Part shown: positions 26,766 through 32,000 of the stretch, piece after piece
How the letters are laid out: every line of letters begins with the position of its first letter
How positions within the stretch are numbered: position 1 is the stretch's first letter
Assembly: GCA_963692945.1 (NCBI GenBank)
Contig: OY843585.1
Coordinates: 1,470,001-1,502,000 of the forward strand
DNA: 32,000 bases
Direction: 5' to 3'
From: Bdellovibrionales bacterium
GTDB taxonomy: Bacteria; Bdellovibrionota; Bdellovibrionia; Bdellovibrionales; UBA1609
Notes under the pieces: generated by a model
Databases searched by the model: none
What the model was told of the DNA's origin: nothing
The model's input: the letters and a program-made list of their open reading frames with translations, nothing else
Program-made: the position numbers and the translations under genes

Positions 26766-28256
26766 TTAGCTTCGTCTCCAATTATGAAATTTTTGAAGCC
26801 ATTTTAATAATTTTTCAGGTTTATGAGCTTGCTTCCAACGACCAGCTAAATATTTATTAGCCTCAGGGAAAGTTGGATAAATATGTATGGACTTTAAAAT
26901 GGCATTCAATCCTAAACCATTTGTCATTGCTAAAATAAATTCTGATATCAAATCACTCCCACGACTATGAATTATAGTCACACCTAAAATTTTATCACTA
27001 TCAGGAACTGTTAAAACTTTAATAAAACCATGATCTTCATCATCGGTGATGGCTCTATCTAAATCATCCATAGGATAAGTTGTAAGTTCATATTTTATTT
27101 TTTGTGCCTTAGCAGCTGTTTCTGTAAGTCCCACTGTTGCTATTTCTGGATCGGTATAGGTTGCCCAAGGAACAACATCATAATTAACAGCAAGGTGTTT
27201 CTTTTTTACAAAAGAAGGAAGCCAATTTGTATAAGGTCTAAAAAGAGCATTGATACAAGCATAGTAAGCTTGATGAGCAGCCATATGCGTAAACTGATAA
27301 GGCCCTACAACATCTCCACAAACAAAAATATTAGAATAATTTGTAGCTAAAAACATATCTGATTCAATCGTTCCTCTAGAAGTTATTTTAACCTTCAAAT
27401 TCTCAAGCCCAAAACCTTCAATATTGGCTTGACGGCCAAGAGCTATCAAAACTTCATCAAAAGCAACTTCTATTATGGACTCATCTTCTTTTTTTAATTT
27501 TAGTATTTTTTCTCTGTTTTCTTTAATGTAAAATTCATTGGCTTCATGGGCTGTTAAAATATTCATTCCTTCTGATTGTAATTTCTTATGGATGATCTCT
27601 GAAATTTCTATATCCTCTCTAAATAAAATACGAGGAGCTTTTTCAACCAAAGTCACTTGACTTCCAAATCTTTGAAAACATTGAGCCAATTCACAACCTA
27701 TAGGACCAGCTCCTAAAATAACCATTTTTTTAGGCAGAGTTCTTAACTTCCACACATTGTCAGAAGTTAAGTAAGAGATTTTATCTAAACCTTTAAAGGG
27801 AGGAACTCTAGGACGAGCTCCTGTTGCAATAACAATAGAGCGAGTTGTATAAATTTTATCCTTAAGCTTCACCTTATAAGGAGAAAGAATTTCTGCTTCA
27901 CCAGATAAACAATCTACACCTAATTTAGTGTATCTATCAACGGAGTCATGAGGTTCTATTTTTTGTATGATCTTTTGAACTCGCTCCATAATATCTTTAA
28001 AATCAAAATCTATATGAGAAGATTGAAACCCATAATCCTTAGCTTTCTTAGCATAAGATAACATTTTAGCCGACCTGATAAGAGCTTTACTAGGAACACA
28101 ACCTGTATTTAAACAATCCCCACCCATTTTATGTTTTTCAATAAGAGCCACTTTTGCTTTCAGCACAGCTGACAAATAAGAACAAACCAAACCTGCACTT
28201 CCAGCACCTATAACAATAATATTGAAATCAAATTTTTTAGGTTTTTTGTATTTCAT
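26766..28256 (-). CDS. FAD-dependent pyridine nucleotide-disulfide oxidoreductase (mercuric reductase / dihydrolipoamide dehydrogenase-like)
   Basis: FAD motif IIVIGAGSAG, redox-active GGDCLNTGCVPSK, NAD motif MVILGAGPIGCELA, and a dimerisation domain. The ATG at 28256 lies 1 nt after the stop of the upstream TVP38 gene; the track start at 28283 is a TTG. There is no C-terminal Cys pair and no NmerA domain. Confidence 0.88.
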   Translation of the reverse strand: MKYKKPKKFDFNIIVIGAGSAGLVCSYLSAVLKAKVALIEKHKMGGDCLNTGCVPSKALIRSAKMLSYAKKAKDYGFQSSHIDFDFKDIMERVQKIIQKIEPHDSVDRYTKLGVDCLSGEAEILSPYKVKLKDKIYTTRSIVIATGARPRVPPFKGLDKISYLTSDNVWKLRTLPKKMVILGAGPIGCELAQCFQRFGSQVTLVEKAPRILFREDIEISEIIHKKLQSEGMNILTAHEANEFYIKENREKILKLKKEDESIIEVAFDEVLIALGRQANIEGFGLENLKVKITSRGTIESDMFLATNYSNIFVCGDVVGPYQFTHMAAHQAYYACINALFRPYTNWLPSFVKKKHLAVNYDVVPWATYTDPEIATVGLTETAAKAQKIKYELTTYPMDDLDRAITDDEDHGFIKVLTVPDSDKILGVTIIHSRGSDLISEFILAMTNGLGLNAILKSIHIYPTFPEANKYLAGRWKQAHKPEKLLKWLQKFHNWRRS

Positions 28257-28257
28257 T

Positions 28258-28947
28258 CTATCCTTTCTTTTTAAACGAAACAAATTTCATAATCCCTTTT
28301 ATAATCCAAGGAAGCAAAGCCAATACTAAAAAAGATAAAATAATCATTGGCGACAAAATATCTTTTAAAGAATTGATTTTTGAAATTTGAGTTCCAGCAT
28401 TAACATATACAATAGTTCCAGGAAGCATCCCCAATTGGCTAGCAATAAAATAAGGAATGACTCTAATAGGCGTAATACCCATAACTAAATTCACCATAAA
28501 AAACGGAAAAAGAGGAATAAGTCTAAGAGTTAAAAGATAAAAAATTCCATCCTTCTGGAATCCTTCATTGATGGTTTTTAATTTAGACTTAAATTTTTCT
28601 TGAATTAAATCCTTCAATAAAAATCTTGACATTAAAAAAGCCATTGTTGCTCCTAAAGCACTCGCAAAAGAAATAATGAGAGTCCCTATTAAAAGACCAA
28701 ACAAATAACCGGCTACTAAGGTAAGGACAGCTGCTCCTGGAACTGAAAATCCTGTGGTAAGTACATAAATTATAAAAAAGCTAAAAATTACAAGCAGAGG
28801 ATAATCTTCATAAAGATTCAAAAAAGAATCTCTTTGAGCAAGAATAAAATCAAAATTTAAATATTGAAAAAGATCAAAATAAAAAACGGTTGTAAAACAA
28901 CAAAGAAAACTTAAAATAATAAAAATTTTTATTTTAGATATTTTCAT
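28258..28947 (-). CDS. TVP38/TMEM64 (DedA-related, SNARE-associated) membrane protein
   Basis: Polytopic protein with the family-typical ...PG..LTL.AGYLFG...G..... and LRLIPLFPF..VN...G blocks. Confidence 0.8.
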   Translation of the reverse strand: MKISKIKIFIILSFLCCFTTVFYFDLFQYLNFDFILAQRDSFLNLYEDYPLLVIFSFFIIYVLTTGFSVPGAAVLTLVAGYLFGLLIGTLIISFASALGATMAFLMSRFLLKDLIQEKFKSKLKTINEGFQKDGIFYLLTLRLIPLFPFFMVNLVMGITPIRVIPYFIASQLGMLPGTIVYVNAGTQISKINSLKDILSPMIILSFLVLALLPWIIKGIMKFVSFKKKG

Positions 28948-29156
28948 ATATCATTTATAGGTCAAATCTAATAGAAAAGCCATTTCTGATTCCTATACAA
29001 GACTATTTATTAGTGAGCTTCTCAACAGAATTCATAATTCAATATTATCTCAGCATATAAATTTTTACTTTTTTTTCTAAAATCCTTTATATCTTTTACA
29101 GATAAAATTTAATTTTTAGATTTGACTGGTTTTTTACTCTATCTACTTAAGTTAGA

Positions 29157-31538
29157 TTAAAACAAGGCTCTAAAACCTGCTCCTATAGAATGTTCTAAAT
29201 CTTCATCAGATTCATACTCTGTCCTATAATAAATTCCAAGTTTTAGACGATCATGCACTTGATAATCAAGGAATGCTTCTACTTCATGTTTTTTATGCTC
29301 ATGACCTAATTTCATTTTAAACTTATACTCTGCTTCTAAATTCAAACGAGACCATAGAGGTATCTCTTTTTCTAATTCAACTTTTAGTTCTTTATCTGTT
29401 CTTATAAAAACTTCTAAATCTATCAGTAAAGGAAGAATATAAGCAACACCCCACAAGCCATGCCATTTTTTATTTTTATAAACAGCACCTCCAATAAAAC
29501 GAAAAGGAATCCCTTTCCATTTTCTACTTATTTTTGATTCTACTTTAAAAGCATCAAACTCATACTCCTTCATTTCCATTTTTATTGAAAATTTATATTT
29601 CCCCTTTTTAGCACCTAACTTCAATTCAGAGTAATTAGTAAATAAAAAAAGTTCTGTTTTTAAAAATAAACTAGAATCTTTTCTAAAATTTCCAGAAAAT
29701 TCTTTTTCATGTTCAATAAGATCTGTAGGTCTTTTAAAATTTTCATACTTTATCAAGCGAGCCATCCCCATTTTCATATGATAAAGATTATGACAATGGA
29801 ACATCCAAACACCTGGTTCATTCATATAAACTTCTATGGTTACTTCTTCAAAAGGTTTTACATCCACTGTATGAAATAAAGGAGAGTTATTTCCTTGCCC
29901 ATTAAGAACACGAAAAAAATGACCATGCAGATGCATAGGATGAGTCATCATAGTTTCATTTTTAAAATGAATCCGAACCACTTCTCCCTCACGAACAATA
30001 ATGTATTTTTCTTCTGAAAAAGTTTTTCCATTCAAAGACCAATTGTAACTCCCCATATTTCCATTTAATTTCAAATGTATATTACGGCGAGGATATTTAA
30101 CATTGTAATTTGTTTTTTTTGTAGATTTTAACATTTTGTAATCTAATTGTTTTTTCAAATTTCTATCTTTTTTAGAATTGCTTTTTTGGGAATGATGGTT
30201 TTCATGATTCATAGAAGCACTGTTTGGCTTTCTATCTTTTTTATGCATCTTGTGCTTCCCATGCATCTTATGCTTCTCGTTCATCTTATGCTTCTCGTTC
30301 ATCTTGTGCTTCCCGTGCATCTTATGCTTCTCGTTCATCTTGTGCTTCCCATGCATCTTGTGCTCCCCGTGCATCTTGTGACTCTTATGCATTTTATTCT
30401 TCTCATGCTTTTTATGCTTTCTATCTTTTTTAGATTTAGAATTCTTTGAAGAATGATTTTGAGAACCATGACTCATTTCATGATTCATCCCATGCATTTC
30501 ATGATCCATTTTATAAGGATTAGGTTTTACAAAATCAGGAGCCTTTTCATAGTCACGATTGTTTCCAAAAATCAAACTTCCATAACCAGTTATATCACTA
30601 GCTGTAGCACGAAACTCTAAACTTTTTTTAGTTCTTGGAACAGTAAAAGACAAATCATAAGTCTCTCCCATACCTATAAAAATTTCATTGACTTTAACAG
30701 GCTGAACATCCACTCCATCTTTTGAAATGACTTTAAAAAAACGATGGTTACCAAGATTCAAATAGAAATGTGTAGAGGAACCTGCATTGATAACTCTTAA
30801 ACGAACTCTATCTCCAGGTCGAATCTTAGAAAGAAAAGATTTTTGTTTTCCATTGATTAGAAAAGCATCGTAACCAACATCACTCAAATCCATAACTCCC
30901 ATACCTGTCCATTCCCCTTTTAGAAAATCTTTAAAAGAAGATTTTAAAACAGCATCTAATAAAGATGGGAAAAACTTTTTCTTATAAGAGTAATACTCTC
31001 CTTCTTTTTTGAGATTTGCTAAAACCTGACTTGGTTTTTCATTAGTCCAATCACTAATGACAGCCACAATATCATGATCAAAATGAAATCTTGGTCTAGA
31101 ATCTTCAATAACAATCGCACCATAAAGACCCCTTTGCTCTTGTAAATCAGTGTGAGAATGATACCAGTAAGTCCCTGTATGCCTTATAGGAAACCGAAAA
31201 GTAAAAGTTTCATTAACTTGTATAAGTTTATTATTAGAAAAAGCAGGACCATCCATATTCCAAGGAACAAGAATCCCATGCCAATGGATAGTTGTAGGTT
31301 CATTCGTTTTATTTGTCACATGAATAACAGCTTTATCCCCTTTTTTAAATCTTAAAGTTGGAGCAGGAATAGAATCGTTAATAGCAAGAGCATGCTTAAC
31401 CTCTTCACCTGTAAAATTAACAGTCTTATCTTCAACAACTAAATGATAAGTTATTTCTTTTCCGTAAGAAGAAAAAGAAATAAAAATAGAAAATATTAAA
31501 AAGAAAGTAACTTTTAAAGAATCCATGAAACGATACAT
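29157..31538 (-). CDS. CopA-type multicopper oxidase fused to a CopB/PcoB-like outer-membrane domain
   Basis: Copper-site motifs HWHG, WYHSH, HPMHLHGH and HCHNLYHMKMGM. A Met/His-rich insert sits between the cupredoxin domains. The C-terminal ~195 aa parallel PcoB/CopB: WHGLWGVAYILPLLIDLEVFI..., RLNLEAEYKF, RLKLGIYYRTEY and a terminal ...GAGFRALF. Confidence 0.88.
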   Translation of the reverse strand: MYRFMDSLKVTFFLIFSIFISFSSYGKEITYHLVVEDKTVNFTGEEVKHALAINDSIPAPTLRFKKGDKAVIHVTNKTNEPTTIHWHGILVPWNMDGPAFSNNKLIQVNETFTFRFPIRHTGTYWYHSHTDLQEQRGLYGAIVIEDSRPRFHFDHDIVAVISDWTNEKPSQVLANLKKEGEYYSYKKKFFPSLLDAVLKSSFKDFLKGEWTGMGVMDLSDVGYDAFLINGKQKSFLSKIRPGDRVRLRVINAGSSTHFYLNLGNHRFFKVISKDGVDVQPVKVNEIFIGMGETYDLSFTVPRTKKSLEFRATASDITGYGSLIFGNNRDYEKAPDFVKPNPYKMDHEMHGMNHEMSHGSQNHSSKNSKSKKDRKHKKHEKNKMHKSHKMHGEHKMHGKHKMNEKHKMHGKHKMNEKHKMNEKHKMHGKHKMHKKDRKPNSASMNHENHHSQKSNSKKDRNLKKQLDYKMLKSTKKTNYNVKYPRRNIHLKLNGNMGSYNWSLNGKTFSEEKYIIVREGEVVRIHFKNETMMTHPMHLHGHFFRVLNGQGNNSPLFHTVDVKPFEEVTIEVYMNEPGVWMFHCHNLYHMKMGMARLIKYENFKRPTDLIEHEKEFSGNFRKDSSLFLKTELFLFTNYSELKLGAKKGKYKFSIKMEMKEYEFDAFKVESKISRKWKGIPFRFIGGAVYKNKKWHGLWGVAYILPLLIDLEVFIRTDKELKVELEKEIPLWSRLNLEAEYKFKMKLGHEHKKHEVEAFLDYQVHDRLKLGIYYRTEYESDEDLEHSIGAGFRALF
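30237..30380 (-). repeat. 8 x 18-nt in-frame tandem repeat encoding HKM(H/N)(G/E/K)(K/E)
   Basis: Protein: HKMHGE HKMHGK HKMNEK HKMHGK HKMNEK HKMNEK HKMHGK HKMHKK. The DNA units catcttRtgcttcYcRtK are read directly from the sequence. Confidence 0.9.
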
Positions 31539-31661
31539 TATATCTACCTAGACATATCATGTTTTTTTAAAAAAAAGTAATTGTTTTTTAAACTTAATAA
31601 AAAAATAAGTTATTTAAACGAGGGTGTTGACAGGTCAAGATATCCAGATCAGGTTAAAAAA

Positions 31662-32000
31662 TTAACAAGACAATAATTTTTCCATCTCAGGAAAGGTTTT
31701 TTTAAAGTCTGTTTTCCTTATTTTATCCATTTTTATAATATACTCTTGAAACTCTACCATGCGGTTAGACCAATCCTCTGAATGCATAAATTGACACATT
31801 CCTTGAAGTCTTTTAATTCCATAAGGATGCTTTAAAAAGTCTGAATGACCCGACTTATAATTTTTAAGCCAAATGTAAAAATCTTCAAATTTCTTTGTCA
31901 CCTCTTCTTTAAACCACTTAGGGAAAACTTTAACATTCAAATGAGCAGGATGATAAACAAAATGAGTGTCTATAAGCCCTGCACTTTTAGGCCAAACATT
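31662..32000 (-). CDS. hypothetical protein, 5' end outside the window
   Basis: The frame is open from the stop at 31662 to base 32000 (hand check: NVWPKSAGLIDTHFVYHPAHLNVKVFPKWF...). The track's TTG start at 31940 is probably internal. No family recognised. Confidence 0.5.
   Translation of the reverse strand, partial: NVWPKSAGLIDTHFVYHPAHLNVKVFPKWFKEEVTKKFEDFYIWLKNYKSGHSDFLKHPYGIKRLQGMCQFMHSEDWSNRMVEFQEYIIKMDKIRKTDFKKTFPEMEKLLSC

Noticed and set aside
26766-28256. Calling the flavoprotein mercuric reductase MerA
   Set aside because: It lacks the C-terminal vicinal Cys pair and the N-terminal HMA (NmerA) domain, and there are no merR/merT/merP neighbours. Only the general family can be supported.
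30147-30449. Two plus-strand ORFs (100 aa and 69 aa) with repetitive LVHLML / SYASRS products
   Set aside because: They are antisense read-throughs of the 18-nt HKMxxK tandem repeat inside the multicopper oxidase gene. The oxidase frame has all the catalytic motifs.
31525-31545. TATAAT overlapping the oxidase start codon (gatataATG), as a leaderless promoter
   Set aside because: There is no matching -35 at a proper distance, and the hexamer is expected by chance in AT-rich DNA. A TTGAC-ct-GTCAA dyad at about 31626-31639 was also noted, but it is too short to assign to a MerR/CueR-type operator.
1-32000. CRISPR arrays, rRNA genes, transposases or integrases, prophage genes
   Set aside because: Both strands were scanned by eye. 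The only regular repeats are the thyA tandem duplication, the coding HKM repeat, the duplicated leader module and the RhuM-associated elements. None has CRISPR-like repeat-spacer periodicity, and no recombinase-like ORF is present.

Overview
Visibly AT-rich (judged by eye, not computed) chromosomal segment from a diderm bacterium. LolC/E, a CopB-type outer-membrane domain, the mur/mraY genes and succinylase-pathway dapD support this; the taxon cannot be determined from sequence alone. Most of the window is housekeeping. It holds a tandem-ATPase ABC protein, an O-methyltransferase, a PP2C phosphatase, an M23 peptidase, purD, a DCC-family thiol oxidoreductase, thyA and folA. It also holds a short dcw block (murE-murF-mraY-murD), an MpaA-like M14 peptidase, dapD, lolC/E, tRNA-Leu(UAA) and tRNA-Ala(GGC).

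Three accessory patches stand out.

(1) 16.0-18.5 kb is an islet abutting the 3' end of tRNA-Leu. It is built as [small intact ORF + remnant of a RhuM-family gene] three times on one strand, including a GIY-YIG/RAMA-like nuclease. All three remnants keep a 25-27 nt palindrome at the same codon, but with different stem sequences (compensatory changes).

(2) 22.3-25.9 kb lies downstream of tRNA-Ala. It carries a 792-aa orphan secreted protein and a 147-aa repeat protein. The two share a nearly identical 217/222-bp promoter + 5'UTR + signal-peptide module that differs by a C9 versus C4 homopolymer.

(3) 26.1-31.5 kb is a metal-handling cluster: a YHS-domain protein, a TVP38/DedA-like protein plus a flavoprotein disulfide reductase, and a multicopper oxidase. 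The oxidase appears fused to a CopB-like outer-membrane domain and contains an 8 x 18-nt His/Lys/Met coding repeat.

A perfect 108-bp tandem duplication covers the 3' end of thyA. No CRISPR array, rRNA, transposase or integrase was seen.
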